A program made the position numbers and the translations under genes. Below, in pieces: positions 44,704-56,040 of a stretch of 64,000 nt of DNA. The notes under the pieces were generated by a model. It did not search any database, had not been told where the DNA came from, and worked only from the letters and a program-made list of their open reading frames with translations. Every line of letters begins with the position of its first letter. Position 1 is the stretch's first letter. The stretch lies in the NCBI GenBank assembly GCA_045615765.1, contig JAZLFM010000028.1, positions 7,728 to 71,727 on the forward strand, given 5' to 3'. The DNA comes from Bacteroidales bacterium (GTDB taxonomy: Bacteria > Bacteroidota > Bacteroidia > Bacteroidales > UBA1715).

Positions 44704-47700
44704 CTAACGAACAACTATTTGTTTTTGAATACGTTCGCCGTCTATAGAAACAATCACGAAATAAACACCAGCTTGTAAAGATGCTACATCTATAACATAT
44801 TGTTGATTGTTTTCTATAGTATTGTACACAACTGTTCCCTTTGCAGAAACAATTTTTACTGACGATATTTCACGATCAGATACAATATTTAGAACTGAAG
44901 AAACTGGATTTGGATACACCTCGCAGTTTAATTCTATGTCGTCAACAGCAGTTGTTTCTTTTTCAATAAACTTAAATTCTGCCTCTATTGTACAATCATC
45001 TACAACTGTAACATACAATGTTGTCAAGTTTGAAAGTAAGTTACCATTCTTTGTCCAGCCAACAAATTCATATCCTATCGCTGGAGTTGCAAATAATTGA
45101 ATTTCATCGCCTTCTTTATAAGTACCAGCACCTAACACTGTACCAAACGAATCATCATTTACCGTAACCGTTACTTCCACAGGTTTTGGAACAGGAACAA
45201 ATACGGCATTTATATTCATATCATCTGAAACTTCAAATGTTAACAATGTTGCAGTTTCAATTATTTCACCATTCGACATCCAACCTTTGAAGATGTATCC
45301 TTCACTTGGATTTGCAACTAATGTTATAACTTCACCTGCTTCATATTGTCCATTACGTAAACCAGACACAGAACCACCCGTTTGTACAGAAACCGTACAT
45401 GGCTTGCCTTTCTCTACAATATTTGCAATCAATTGTCTATCTTCTGTTGCAACAAAAGATAACACCGTTGAAGTTGTTACAACACTACTATCGGCAGCAT
45501 TTAACCAAGAAATGAAACGATGATTTTCATCTACTGTTACCGCTAAAGTTACAGTAGTATTTTCATCAAACACACCTGTGCCATATCCTTTTATTTCAGC
45601 ACCAGTATATTCTGCAATTGAGACTACATATACTTTTTTAAATTCAGCAACAAGAGTTCTTTCTACCGAACAAACAAAACTATATTCAGCCGAAGTGCTT
45701 ACAACTTCATCATTTTCTTTCCATTGAAGGAATCGATATCCTTCATTAGGCACAGCTTTTACTGTAACTTCGCTTTCTTCTTTATATGATGCAGCTCCTT
45801 CAACACTACCCATTGTTTCATCTGCAGAGCTTATTTCTATCTGATATGTATTATAGATACGTTCAAATGTTGCATATAACTCAACATTTTCTGTTAAATC
45901 AAATGAGTAACTTTGAGATGTAGAAACAACTGCACCGGTAGCATCATTCCACGAAACAAATGAGTATTTTTCTTCAGGAACAGCTTCTACAGTTACTGTA
46001 GTATTTTCTTCATACAAACCAGCACCAGTTACTTGTCCACCCTCATTTGCAACTAAATTCACCGTATAACCAACAAAATTTGCATTGAAATGAGCTACTA
46101 AAGAACGAGCAGCAGAAACAAATGTCAAAGTTGCTTCATCTGAAATCACTTCATCATTTTCTGTCCAATTCACAAAATCATAGCCTGCATTTGGTGTTGC
46201 AACCAAAGTTACTTCTGTGTTTTCATAATATTCACCAGCTCCAGCAATTGTACCACCAGTAACAGGATCTAATTCTACTACAACTTCAAATTTCTTCAAA
46301 GCAGTATATGAAGCAGTATAAGTATAATCACCTGCTGCCGAAAAAGAATATGTATTTTGTGTTGAAGCATTTACCCACGCACCATTACGTCTCCAGTTAT
46401 TAAATTTATATCCTTCATAATCAGGAGCAATCAAATTTACTGTAGCGCCTGCATCGTAAACTCCAGAACCTTCTACAGTTAAGCCATCAACATTAGAGAC
46501 AGCATTTATTGTATATTGACGAATAAAACGAGCTTCAAATGTCATATCAGAATCAGCAACAAGAGATATCAATTCTGTATTAGAGTATAACGTATCTTCC
46601 GCATACCAACCATCGAAACGGTATTTATCGTTCGCTGAAGCAAATAATGAAACGGTAGAACCTTTTTCTACAATACCATTACCTGTAACTGTTCCACCAG
46701 CAGAAGCGTTTGCTTCTATTGTTACAAGAGCAACAAAATTCGCTTGAAGAGTTACATTCGTAGCTGTTTTAAAATTATACGTGGCTTGTTCACAAACAAC
46801 GGAATCACCTAAAGTCCAATTTACAAAACGATATGTTTCATTATCCGGAACTGCTACAAGTTTTACTTCAACAGAATCTTCTGCAACTACATATTCTCCA
46901 GCACCCGATACTGCACCAGCACCAGGTAGGTTAATTGAAGCAGCTACAGTAACAACCTTAACAAAATTAGCAACGATGTTTGCTTCATCTTTCACCATAA
47001 ATGAATACGAAGGACTTGTAGAAACTTCTTTTCCATTTTCAGTCCAATTTACGAACTTATAACCTTCATTAGGTGTTGCAACAATATTAAGACCAACGCC
47101 AGTGTTATACACACCACCTTCCGACGAAACTGAACCACCTTCAGAAGCAGAAACTGTTACCGTCACTTGACGCATAAGAACCGCCGACAACTCACAAGAA
47201 TGATCTACAGTAAATGTGTATGATGATTCTGTTGATACAACAGTTTCATTTTCTGACCAAAAACCAAAACTGTAATCTTGTGTCAATAGATTTGCCGATA
47301 CTGTTACCGTATGGTCATCACCAATAACATAAAATTTACCTGCACCTGTCAAAGTAATCAATTCAGAATCATAATCAGCAAAAGATACTTGGTAATATCG
47401 TTTTACACTAATTTCAGAACTACTAGGCTCAGCAGTCATAGGATAGTTTGTAGAAACCACACGAACTTTATAATTACCATCAACAACAGAAGCAGGAATT
47501 TTACCTTCCACAACACCACTAGTGTTTGTTGTCAAACGACCAAGTTCTATTGGATTATCAAAACTTCCACTTGCATCAGACAATTGAGCAATTACTTGAT
47601 TTGCTTCTTTATTTAAGTTACTTACACTCATAGAACCTGTCAATGTAAATGGCACTTGAATATCTATAGTTCCATTCGCATCGCCTTCATATTCTGTTTG

Positions 47701-48495
47701 AGCTAAAGTACCTGTTGTTAAAGTTGGATTATAAATAAGTACAATATCATCAACATACAATTTATCACTTGCATTACCTTTTGCTGGCGTTTTGTTTGTT
47801 GACATTGTTACCAAAACATACTTTTTTTCATCGGTACATGTTCCTACTTGTTCAAAAGGAACGGTAACTCTTTGCCATCCTAATGAATCACTCTTCGATG
47901 TTGTTCTGGTAAATTCATAATTAGCATCAGCAAATTGCTGCTCTGCTTTACTAGCTTTACCGTTACCATACAATATAAAATCTGAATCTCCATGAATAGC
48001 AGAATGAAATGCCGCATAATTTCCAGAACCACTCGAATAAAAACTGAACCAAGCTGTTACCGAATCTGGTATGACATCAATTGGAGTATAAAATTCGGCA
48101 GTATTACGATCAGTATAAATATTATTGTCATCACTAGCAGCAGTCATACTTCCTGCATTCATACGACCATTAGTAAGAGATCCATTTGCAATGATTTTCG
48201 TAAAAAGTAGGTTTATTTCCTTTGGGAAAATTCTGACACTATATTTTCCTTTAGAACCAGGTCTTACATTTTCATCTTGTGCAATATGATCATTTTCCGC
48301 TAAATTTGCCTGGCTACCCTTTGCAGAATGGAAAGAATGCCAACAATAAGGTTCCTTACCACTCGTTTTATTACCTGAGTATGTTTTCCATTCGGCTTCA
48401 AAATCAGAATTCGGAATCTGAGTACCAAAATCTTGAGAAAAAGCAGTTATTATACCGCATAGGAATAAAGAGACTACAAGTATTAGTTTTTTCAT
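44704..48495 (-). CDS. T9SS-secreted surface protein: PCMD-like N-terminal domain, ~11 InlB-B/Flg_new-type repeats, type A CTD
   Basis: Signal peptide, QIPNSDFE-x-x-W, repeated G-x-V-x-GAG-x-Y...A-x-P-x-x-GY-x-F-x-x-W units, VYPNPV...AGVYFV CTD. Confidence 0.85.
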   Translation of the reverse strand: MKKLILVVSLFLCGIITAFSQDFGTQIPNSDFEAEWKTYSGNKTSGKEPYCWHSFHSAKGSQANLAENDHIAQDENVRPGSKGKYSVRIFPKEINLLFTKIIANGSLTNGRMNAGSMTAASDDNNIYTDRNTAEFYTPIDVIPDSVTAWFSFYSSGSGNYAAFHSAIHGDSDFILYGNGKASKAEQQFADANYEFTRTTSKSDSLGWQRVTVPFEQVGTCTDEKKYVLVTMSTNKTPAKGNASDKLYVDDIVLIYNPTLTTGTLAQTEYEGDANGTIDIQVPFTLTGSMSVSNLNKEANQVIAQLSDASGSFDNPIELGRLTTNTSGVVEGKIPASVVDGNYKVRVVSTNYPMTAEPSSSEISVKRYYQVSFADYDSELITLTGAGKFYVIGDDHTVTVSANLLTQDYSFGFWSENETVVSTESSYTFTVDHSCELSAVLMRQVTVTVSASEGGSVSSEGGVYNTGVGLNIVATPNEGYKFVNWTENGKEVSTSPSYSFMVKDEANIVANFVKVVTVAASINLPGAGAVSGAGEYVVAEDSVEVKLVAVPDNETYRFVNWTLGDSVVCEQATYNFKTATNVTLQANFVALVTIEANASAGGTVTGNGIVEKGSTVSLFASANDKYRFDGWYAEDTLYSNTELISLVADSDMTFEARFIRQYTINAVSNVDGLTVEGSGVYDAGATVNLIAPDYEGYKFNNWRRNGAWVNASTQNTYSFSAAGDYTYTASYTALKKFEVVVELDPVTGGTIAGAGEYYENTEVTLVATPNAGYDFVNWTENDEVISDEATLTFVSAARSLVAHFNANFVGYTVNLVANEGGQVTGAGLYEENTTVTVEAVPEEKYSFVSWNDATGAVVSTSQSYSFDLTENVELYATFERIYNTYQIEISSADETMGSVEGAASYKEESEVTVKAVPNEGYRFLQWKENDEVVSTSAEYSFVCSVERTLVAEFKKVYVVSIAEYTGAEIKGYGTGVFDENTTVTLAVTVDENHRFISWLNAADSSVVTTSTVLSFVATEDRQLIANIVEKGKPCTVSVQTGGSVSGLRNGQYEAGEVITLVANPSEGYIFKGWMSNGEIIETATLLTFEVSDDMNINAVFVPVPKPVEVTVTVNDDSFGTVLGAGTYKEGDEIQLFATPAIGYEFVGWTKNGNLLSNLTTLYVTVVDDCTIEAEFKFIEKETTAVDDIELNCEVYPNPVSSVLNIVSDREISSVKIVSAKGTVVYNTIENNQQYVIDVASLQAGVYFVIVSIDGERIQKQIVVR

Positions 48496-48601
48496 ATATT
48501 CAATTTTAAATTTCGCAATACTACTAATAACACATGTTTTATGTCATAAATATAGACGAACACGCAAAAGTTATCTTTTATCATTGCAAAAAAACATTCT
48601 T

Positions 48602-50539
48602 TTACAATGATTCAACTTCGTGCAACCACAAATCAGCGCAAGCATCACTTGGCATTCTCCAATCGCCTCGTGGAGACAATGAAATAGAACCAACTTTGAC
48701 GCCATCAGGCATACAACTACGCTTAAATTGTTGTGCGAAAAATCTACGATAAAACATTTTCATCGTATCCTTTACTACCGCATCTTCAAAATAAGGCATT
48801 TGTTTTTGGGCAATAGCCAGTCGAACCAAATAATAGATCTTTTTAGGAGAGAATCCATTTCTCATCGTATGGAACAAAAAGAAATCATGTAAAGTATAAG
48901 AACCTATAGTACTTTCGGTTTTCTGAGCAATTTTTCCATCTTTATCTGGCGGCAACAATTCCGGACTTACTGGTGTGTCAATCACATCCAACAATACAGA
49001 AACCAAAGATTTGTTCTCGGCAAATGTATAGTCGGCATAATATTGAACCAAATAACGTACAAGGGTTTTAGGAATCGACACATTCACAGCATAGTTACTC
49101 ATTTGATCACCATTATATGTACACCATCCTAAAGCAAGCTCACTTAAATCACCAGTTCCAAGAACTAAGGCATTATGCATATTGGCATAATCAAACAAGA
49201 TCTGCGTACGCTCTCTTGCTTGAGCATTTTCGTATGTTATATCGTGAACATCAAGAGAATGTTTTAAATCTTGCAAATGAAGCGTTGCCGATTCTTTTAT
49301 TGATATTTCACATAACGTTGCCCCACAGTATTCGACAAGATGTTTTGCATTTTCGTATGTGCGCCCTGTTGTTCCGAAGCCAGGCATAGTTATACCATGA
49401 ATATTTTTTCTGTCCTTACCAAGAATATCAAAAGCCTGACAAGCTACAAGCAAAGCTAAAGTTGAATCTAAGCCTCCTGAAATACCAACAACAATATTCT
49501 CTATATGAGTATGTGCGATACGTTTTGCCAATCCCCATGCCTGCATACGAGTAATTTCTTCGGCACGTTTACTTCTTGCCGAATCTCCACTTGGGACAAA
49601 AGGAAAACCTGAAATAATTCTATTTATATCTTTAGTATTTGCAGCAACAGTTATTTCATCAAAACGGAGAGATTGTTTCAATTCACTTGGTTGTGAAAAT
49701 GTTTCACAATGCATACGCTCATGAGTAAGTTTTTCTATATCAACATCAGCAATTACCCATTTCGTAGAATTATCGAATGGAATTTTTTCAGACAAAATCG
49801 TTCCATTTTCCACAATCATCGAATGACCAGAAAAAACCATATCTTGAGTAGATTCGCCCATGCCTGCATTTGCATAAACATACGCACATATATTTTTTGC
49901 GCTGTTCATAGCAATCAATTGCTTACGATATTCCGCTTTTCCTATCACTTCATTGCCAGCAGAAAGGTTTACAATTACATTAGCACCATTCAATGCGTAT
50001 TTAGTAGATGGAGAATTGGGAACCCATACATCTTCACAAATTTCACAACCGATAATTGTCTTTGCCGAAGATTTACAGCCTTCAATAGAAAGATACAGCA
50101 AATTACCTATTTCGTAATCCGCGAACAAACAAGATTCATCGTAATAAGGCGTAAACCAACGTTTTTCATAAAATTCAGAATAATTAGGAACAAATTTCTT
50201 TGGGAAGACTAATTTTGTTTCACCATTAATAAGAACTGCACAGTTATACAACGCACCATTTATACCTCGTAATGGCGTTCCCACAAACACAGCTATACCT
50301 TCGCAATGAGTAGAAATAATATCTAACGCTTCTTCTGCCTTATCCAACAACAAAGATTGCTGAAACAAATCGCCACAGGTATAACCAGTTATGCACAATT
50401 CCGGAAAAACGGCAACTTGCACACCTTCTTGTTTCAGTGCATCTATTGCATCACATATTTCTTGAGTGTTCTTTTCTACATTACCTACATACACTTGCGG
50501 AGAAACACTTGCTACACGCAAAAAGCCATATTCATTCAT
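48602..50539 (-). CDS. nadE: Glutamine-dependent NAD(+) synthetase
   Basis: Nitrilase domain FPEL, FYEKRWF, EICED; synthetase GISGGLDST, ENAQARER, SPELLP. Confidence 0.96.
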   Translation of the reverse strand: MNEYGFLRVASVSPQVYVGNVEKNTQEICDAIDALKQEGVQVAVFPELCITGYTCGDLFQQSLLLDKAEEALDIISTHCEGIAVFVGTPLRGINGALYNCAVLINGETKLVFPKKFVPNYSEFYEKRWFTPYYDESCLFADYEIGNLLYLSIEGCKSSAKTIIGCEICEDVWVPNSPSTKYALNGANVIVNLSAGNEVIGKAEYRKQLIAMNSAKNICAYVYANAGMGESTQDMVFSGHSMIVENGTILSEKIPFDNSTKWVIADVDIEKLTHERMHCETFSQPSELKQSLRFDEITVAANTKDINRIISGFPFVPSGDSARSKRAEEITRMQAWGLAKRIAHTHIENIVVGISGGLDSTLALLVACQAFDILGKDRKNIHGITMPGFGTTGRTYENAKHLVEYCGATLCEISIKESATLHLQDLKHSLDVHDITYENAQARERTQILFDYANMHNALVLGTGDLSELALGWCTYNGDQMSNYAVNVSIPKTLVRYLVQYYADYTFAENKSLVSVLLDVIDTPVSPELLPPDKDGKIAQKTESTIGSYTLHDFFLFHTMRNGFSPKKIYYLVRLAIAQKQMPYFEDAVVKDTMKMFYRRFFAQQFKRSCMPDGVKVGSISLSPRGDWRMPSDACADLWLHEVESL

Positions 50540-50581
50540 ATACAGGATATCCAGATAGTTTCTAATGGGAACAAAATAAAT

Positions 50582-50609
50582 AAAAAAAGGGTTCTTACGA
50601 ACCCTTTTT
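50582..50609. terminator. HU terminator
   Basis: AAAAAAGGGTTC-TTAC-GAACCCTTTTT. Confidence 0.85.
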
Positions 50610-50629
50610 CACATAAAAATAACGGATAA

Positions 50630-50908
50630 TTATTTTTTGTTAACGATTTCAGAAAGAGCTTTACCAGCTTTGAATTGAGCAACTTTCTTTGCAGCAATCT
50701 TGATAGGTTTTTTAGTTGAAGGGTTGATACCTGTTCTTGCAGCTCTTTCAGATACTTTGAAAGTACCGAAACCGATTAATTGAACTGAATCACCACCTTT
50801 TAATGCACCTGAGATTGCATTTACTAAAGCATTAAGTGCTTTTTCTGAATCTGCTTTTGTCAATCCAGCTTCTGCTGCCATTGCAGCTACTAATTCTTGT
50901 TTGTTCAT
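50630..50908 (-). CDS. hup: DNA-binding protein HU
   Basis: MNKQELV...GFGTFKV-x-ERAARTGINP...FKAGKAL. Confidence 0.96.
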   Translation of the reverse strand: MNKQELVAAMAAEAGLTKADSEKALNALVNAISGALKGGDSVQLIGFGTFKVSERAARTGINPSTKKPIKIAAKKVAQFKAGKALSEIVNKK

Positions 50909-51044
50909 GTTTTATTTATTTTTTTAGTTATACATTCACATTCACAAATATATAGCATTTTAGAGATATTCAAAGGCTTTTGAGCATTTTTTTCCGTCAA
51001 AACACGTTTAAAACCTAAAAACGACACAAAATTCCATTCAAAAT

Positions 51045-51239
51045 TTAATCTCTTTCCAAATAATCTATACGCGTATGCAAATCAAAAATATGTTTCTTTA
51101 ACACCTGTATATGCTTATCTATGTACTTTTCAGCCAAGTTCCCAACATCCGAACAAGTTTTTAATTTTTCCAAAGATTCAACTTCGTGTTCGTATTTTTC
51201 AATATCCGCTTTGATTTTATTAATATCTGTCTCTTTCAT
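51045..51239 (-). CDS. Small coiled-coil hypothetical protein
   Basis: 64-aa ORF with heptad pattern in an otherwise non-coding gap. Confidence 0.55.
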   Translation of the reverse strand: MKETDINKIKADIEKYEHEVESLEKLKTCSDVGNLAEKYIDKHIQVLKKHIFDLHTRIDYLERD

Positions 51240-51441
51240 AATTATATCTTTTTTAGCAAATAAAGCATATTTCTATAGCAAAAGCAAATTTTCACTTTTA
51301 TTTTGTTATAAAATACAAAATTTTACGTAAATCCTATAAGCTATATTACGAATAACACTTACGATTTATCAGTCATTCAGGTCTCATTTCACAAGAAATA
51401 ATAACATGAAGGAATAGAAATAACATATTTAAAGAAAATAA

Positions 51442-51477
51442 AAGAGCGCTTGTGATTATACAATCGCAAGCGCTCTT
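51442..51477 (-). terminator. recQ terminator
   Basis: AAGAGCGCTTGTGATT...AATCGCAAGCGCTCTT. Confidence 0.75.
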
Positions 51478-51496
51478 CTATAACGGCATACAATTT

Positions 51497-53680
51497 TTAG
51501 TTCGCTTTTTCCGACAAAAATTTGATTCTTACCATACGAACTTCGTCTTCAGTATAAGTACCATCTTCACACCATTCGTCCAAGGCAGATTGAATTGATT
51601 CAGATTCTTCTGTACAGAAATAATCATACAATTCTTCTACAGCATCTTCTTCAAGCACTTCATTTATATAGTAATCGATATTAATCTTTGTACCTGAATT
51701 AACTATGCTTTCAATCTCTATCAATAACTCGGTCAATGTAATGTTTAACGCATTGGCAACGATATCAAGAGACAAACGTTTATCGGTATTTGTTATAATT
51801 TGCACTTTCGCACTCGATTCTTTCACAATGGATTTCACAACCATATCTTGCGGACGATCGATTTCATTCTCCTCGACATAGCGTGCAATCAATTCTACGA
51901 AAGTAGCACCATATTTCATTGCCTTTCCTTCACCAACTCCAGAAATATTCTTCAACTCCTGTAATGTAATTGGATATTGAGTGGCCATCTCATTTATAGA
52001 TATTTCTTGAAATACGACATACGGAGGTACATTATTCTTTTTGGCAATACGTTTACGCTCTTCCATCAACATAGCTACAAGTTCTGCATCCAAAGCACCA
52101 CCGGCAGACGGAGCGTCACTATCAGATTCCGTTTGCTCATAATCATGATCTTCTGTAATCATGAACGAATGAGGACGTTTCATAAAATCACGACCTTCAT
52201 CTGTCAATTTCAACAGACCATAATTTTCTATTTCTTTATCTAGATAACGGAACATCAACAACTGACGAATTATTGCACTCCAATATTTTTCATCATGATC
52301 ATCTCCCCAACCAAATTCATCAAGATCATTGTGTCTATATGTTTTTATTTCCGAAGATTCTTTTCCAACCAAAATCTCAACAATATGCCCTTGTTTAAAT
52401 CGTTCCTTAACAGCAAGTATTGTCTTCAATACCTTCAAGGCATCATTCATTACTTCAATCTGTGGCTTCGGATGCAAACAGTTGTCGCAATTGCAACAAT
52501 TTTCTGTCATTTCTTCACCGAAATAATTCAACAGAACACGAACACGACACAAACTAGATTCAGCATACGAAGATGTTTCAAGCAGCAATTGTTTGCCAAT
52601 CTCCTGTTCTGCAACTGGTTTCCCTTCCATAAATTTTTCAAGACGAAGAATATCTTTGTAACTATAGAAAGCTATACACTTACCTTCTCCACCGTCACGA
52701 CCAGCACGTCCCGTTTCCTGATAGTAACCTTCCAAAGACTTTGGTATATTATAATGTATAACGAAACGAACATCTGGTTTGTCAATACCCATACCAAAGG
52801 CTATCGTTGCAACAATCACATCCACATCTTCTTTCAAGAACATATCTTGATTTTTCGATCGAGTTGCTGCATCTAATCCTGCATGATAAGGAAGCGCCTT
52901 TATACCATTAACAATTAATGTATCGGCCAATTCTTCCACTTTCTTTCTGCTTAAACAATATATAATACCAGACTTTCCTGGATTTTCGCGAATAAAACGA
53001 ATAATTTGCTTCGTAGCATTTACTTGTGGACGAATCTCATAATACAGGTTTTTTCTACGGAACGAAGACTTGAACACCTTAGCGTCAAGCATACCTAAGT
53101 TCTTTTGAATATCATGTTGAACTTTTGGCGTTGCCGTAGCCGTCAAAGCAATAATAGGCGCACGACCTATAGATTCAACAATCGGACGAATCCTACGGTA
53201 TTCCGGACGAAAATCATGTCCCCATTCTGAAATACAGTGAGCTTCATCTATAGCGAAAAAAGATATTTTTATGCTTCGAAAAAATTCTACACTATCTTCC
53301 TTCGTCAATGATTCCGGTGCAACATATAGCATTTTTGTGATACCATTGCGGACATCTTCCTTCACTTTGGTAATTTCAGAGCGACTTAACGAAGAATTCA
53401 AAAAATGTGCAATACGATCATCTGTGCTGAATCCACGCATAGAATCAACTTGATTTTTCATCAAAGCGATAAGTGGAGAAATTATTATGGCTGTTCCATC
53501 CAACAACATTGCAGGAAGCTGATAACATAACGATTTTCCGCCACCTGTAGGCATTAATACAAAAGTATCATTGCCTGAAATAAGACTTTCGATAACTTCT
53601 TTTTGATTTCCTTTAAACGAATCAAAACCAAATTTTTCCTTTAAACAAATCTCTAATTCTTTCTCGTCTATCTTAGCCAT
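51497..53680 (-). CDS. recQ: DNA helicase RecQ
   Basis: MPTGGGKSLCYQ, DEAHC, ALTATA, QETGRAGRDG, Zn-binding Cys cluster, RQC and HRDC domains; start at MAKID. Confidence 0.97.
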   Translation of the reverse strand: MAKIDEKELEICLKEKFGFDSFKGNQKEVIESLISGNDTFVLMPTGGGKSLCYQLPAMLLDGTAIIISPLIALMKNQVDSMRGFSTDDRIAHFLNSSLSRSEITKVKEDVRNGITKMLYVAPESLTKEDSVEFFRSIKISFFAIDEAHCISEWGHDFRPEYRRIRPIVESIGRAPIIALTATATPKVQHDIQKNLGMLDAKVFKSSFRRKNLYYEIRPQVNATKQIIRFIRENPGKSGIIYCLSRKKVEELADTLIVNGIKALPYHAGLDAATRSKNQDMFLKEDVDVIVATIAFGMGIDKPDVRFVIHYNIPKSLEGYYQETGRAGRDGGEGKCIAFYSYKDILRLEKFMEGKPVAEQEIGKQLLLETSSYAESSLCRVRVLLNYFGEEMTENCCNCDNCLHPKPQIEVMNDALKVLKTILAVKERFKQGHIVEILVGKESSEIKTYRHNDLDEFGWGDDHDEKYWSAIIRQLLMFRYLDKEIENYGLLKLTDEGRDFMKRPHSFMITEDHDYEQTESDSDAPSAGGALDAELVAMLMEERKRIAKKNNVPPYVVFQEISINEMATQYPITLQELKNISGVGEGKAMKYGATFVELIARYVEENEIDRPQDMVVKSIVKESSAKVQIITNTDKRLSLDIVANALNITLTELLIEIESIVNSGTKINIDYYINEVLEEDAVEELYDYFCTEESESIQSALDEWCEDGTYTEDEVRMVRIKFLSEKAN

Positions 53681-53795
53681 AAATGCCGTAATTTTCAATT
53701 TATCTTCTTTTTGCTACCAACTAACAGATTATTGGATACATTTGCATAGTGAAAGTAATATATTTATTTATAACTACCAAAAAAAATATACTATT

Positions 53796-54764
53796 GTGAA
53801 TAACAATTCCACTATTATTGACAATGCGAAACGCATTATTCTTGAGGAATCACAGTCCATTAGTAATCTCTCAAATTACCTTGACGATACATTCGCCACA
53901 ATCGTAAAAGAGATTCTAATGACAGAAGGACGACTTGTAGTGACAGGTATCGGGAAAAGTGCAATAATTGCAACAAAAATTGTTGCGACAATGAACTCTA
54001 CCGGAACACCAGCTTTATTTATGCACGCTGCAGAAGCGATACATGGCGACTTGGGAATGATTCAAAAAAACGACATTATATTATGTATATCTAAGAGTGG
54101 AAATACTCCTGAAATAAAAGTACTTATTCCTTTACTTAAGCGTGGAGGCAATAAACTTATTGCAATGGTGTCGGACAAGAATTCTTATCTTGCCGAACAT
54201 TCCGACTATATCTTATACGCGCATGTTGATAGAGAAGCGGACATTAATAATCTTGCTCCTACTAATAGTACAACAGCACAACTAGTTATGGGCGACACCT
54301 TAGCTATGTGCCTACTAGAACAACGAAAATTCTCACCTCAAGATTTCGCAAAATACCATCCTGGAGGAGCTTTAGGCAAAAGAATGTATATGCATGTGGA
54401 CGATATTTTTGTTGCAGACAATGCCCCTAAAGTTTATCCAAACCAACCTATTTCCGAAGTAATTATAGAAATATCTTCGAAACGACTTGGGGCAACAGCC
54501 GTTATAAATAAAGAGAATCAACTTTTAGGCATCATCACCGATGGAGATCTTCGCAGAATGCTTGAAAAAAGTACCAATATCAACGATAAGACAGCAGAAG
54601 ATATCATGTCGGTAAACCCCAAAACAATTAGCCGTAACGAGTTAGCTATTAAAGCATTTGAGCAAATGGAAAAGAACAGCATAACTCAATTGGTTGTAAC
54701 CGACGGCAATAAATATTTAGGACTGATTCACTTACATGACCTATTAAAAGAAGGCATCGTTTAA
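53796..54764 (+). CDS. kdsD: KpsF/GutQ arabinose-5-phosphate isomerase (SIS plus 2 CBS)
   Basis: TGIGKS, HGDLG, SKSG, APTNST, YHPGGALG, CBS pair; GTG start preferred. Confidence 0.93.
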   Translation: MNNNSTIIDNAKRIILEESQSISNLSNYLDDTFATIVKEILMTEGRLVVTGIGKSAIIATKIVATMNSTGTPALFMHAAEAIHGDLGMIQKNDIILCISKSGNTPEIKVLIPLLKRGGNKLIAMVSDKNSYLAEHSDYILYAHVDREADINNLAPTNSTTAQLVMGDTLAMCLLEQRKFSPQDFAKYHPGGALGKRMYMHVDDIFVADNAPKVYPNQPISEVIIEISSKRLGATAVINKENQLLGIITDGDLRRMLEKSTNINDKTAEDIMSVNPKTISRNELAIKAFEQMEKNSITQLVVTDGNKYLGLIHLHDLLKEGIV

Positions 54765-54774
54765 CACTACAGAA

Positions 54775-56034
54775 ATGAACATTCAACGCAGTGATATAGA
54801 AATAATGGCTCCCGTCGGTTCGTATGAATCGCTAATGGCCGCAATACAAGCAGGTGCGAACTCTGTATATTTTGGTATAGAAATGCTAAATATGCGCGCC
54901 CGCTCATCGAATAACTTTACCACACAAGATTTAGCAAACATTGTTTCAATTTGTAATGAGCACAATATCAAATCATATTTAACTGTAAATACTATTATTT
55001 ATGATAAGGATATGGAAACCTTACATAAGGTAATGCAAGCTGCTAAAGATTATGGTGTTTCGGCAATTATTGCATGTGACATTGCTGCTATTCAATGTGC
55101 TAAAGAATATGGTGTAGAAGTACACATTTCCACTCAATTGAATATATCGAATACGCAAGCTGTACGATTTTTTTCTCAATATGCTGATGTGGTAGTTCTT
55201 GCACGTGAACTGAATTTAATGCAAGTTCGAGAAATATACGACGCGATTCAAAAAGAACATATTTGTGGTCCATCTGGTAATCCTATAAAACTAGAGATGT
55301 TTTGTCATGGTGCTCTTTGCCAAGCTATTTCAGGGAAATGCTACCTTAGCCTTCACGAACGAAATTACTCTGCAAACAAAGGAGCATGCTTGCAAACTTG
55401 CAGAAAAGCCTATGTTGTAACAGAAAAAGAGACAGGTAACGAGTTGGAGATTGACAATGAATATATCATGTCGCCCAAAGATCTCTGTACAATTGGATTC
55501 CTTGACGAACTTATAGAAGCGGGAGTCCGTGTCATGAAAATAGAAGGTCGAGCTCGTAGCGCAGAATACGTTAAAACTGTAGTCCAATGCTACAACGAAG
55601 CTGTAAGCGAAGTTGTAAACGGAACATATAACGAGAACAAGGAAGAAAAAGTTACCCGATGGAAAGAAACTCTTTCACGTGTATTCAATCGAGGTTTTTG
55701 GAATGGTTATTACCTAGGACAACGATTAGGAGAATGGAGTTCTCACTATGGAAGTAGCGCGACAAAAACAAAAGTTGCAATAGGAAAATGTACAAACTAT
55801 TTTTCTAACCTTAATGTAGCCGAATTTCTTATGCAATCAGGCGAATTAAACCAAGGAGATGAAATTCTTATTACTGGACCAACAACCGGAGTGATTGAAA
55901 TGAAAGCTGACGATATTCGCGTAGATCTAAAAACGGTTCCACAAACTGTCAAAGGAGAAAGTTTCTCTATCCGCATCGAAGAACGAATCCGTCGTGGCGA
56001 CAAGCTGTTCAAAGTGATTGACTCCAACAAATAA
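54775..56034 (+). CDS. Peptidase U32 family protein (RNA hydroxylation TrhP/PrtC-like)
   Basis: MAPVG, HISTQ, VVLARE, HGALC-x-AISGKC, GACLQTCR, KIEGR. Confidence 0.9.
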   Translation: MNIQRSDIEIMAPVGSYESLMAAIQAGANSVYFGIEMLNMRARSSNNFTTQDLANIVSICNEHNIKSYLTVNTIIYDKDMETLHKVMQAAKDYGVSAIIACDIAAIQCAKEYGVEVHISTQLNISNTQAVRFFSQYADVVVLARELNLMQVREIYDAIQKEHICGPSGNPIKLEMFCHGALCQAISGKCYLSLHERNYSANKGACLQTCRKAYVVTEKETGNELEIDNEYIMSPKDLCTIGFLDELIEAGVRVMKIEGRARSAEYVKTVVQCYNEAVSEVVNGTYNENKEEKVTRWKETLSRVFNRGFWNGYYLGQRLGEWSSHYGSSATKTKVAIGKCTNYFSNLNVAEFLMQSGELNQGDEILITGPTTGVIEMKADDIRVDLKTVPQTVKGESFSIRIEERIRRGDKLFKVIDSNK

Positions 56035-56040
56035 CGTACA

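Noticed and set aside
44980-47400. Tandem DNA repeats or diversity-generating region
   Set aside because: Explained by degenerate protein-domain repeats of the T9SS surface protein; no template/variable pair and no reverse transcriptase.
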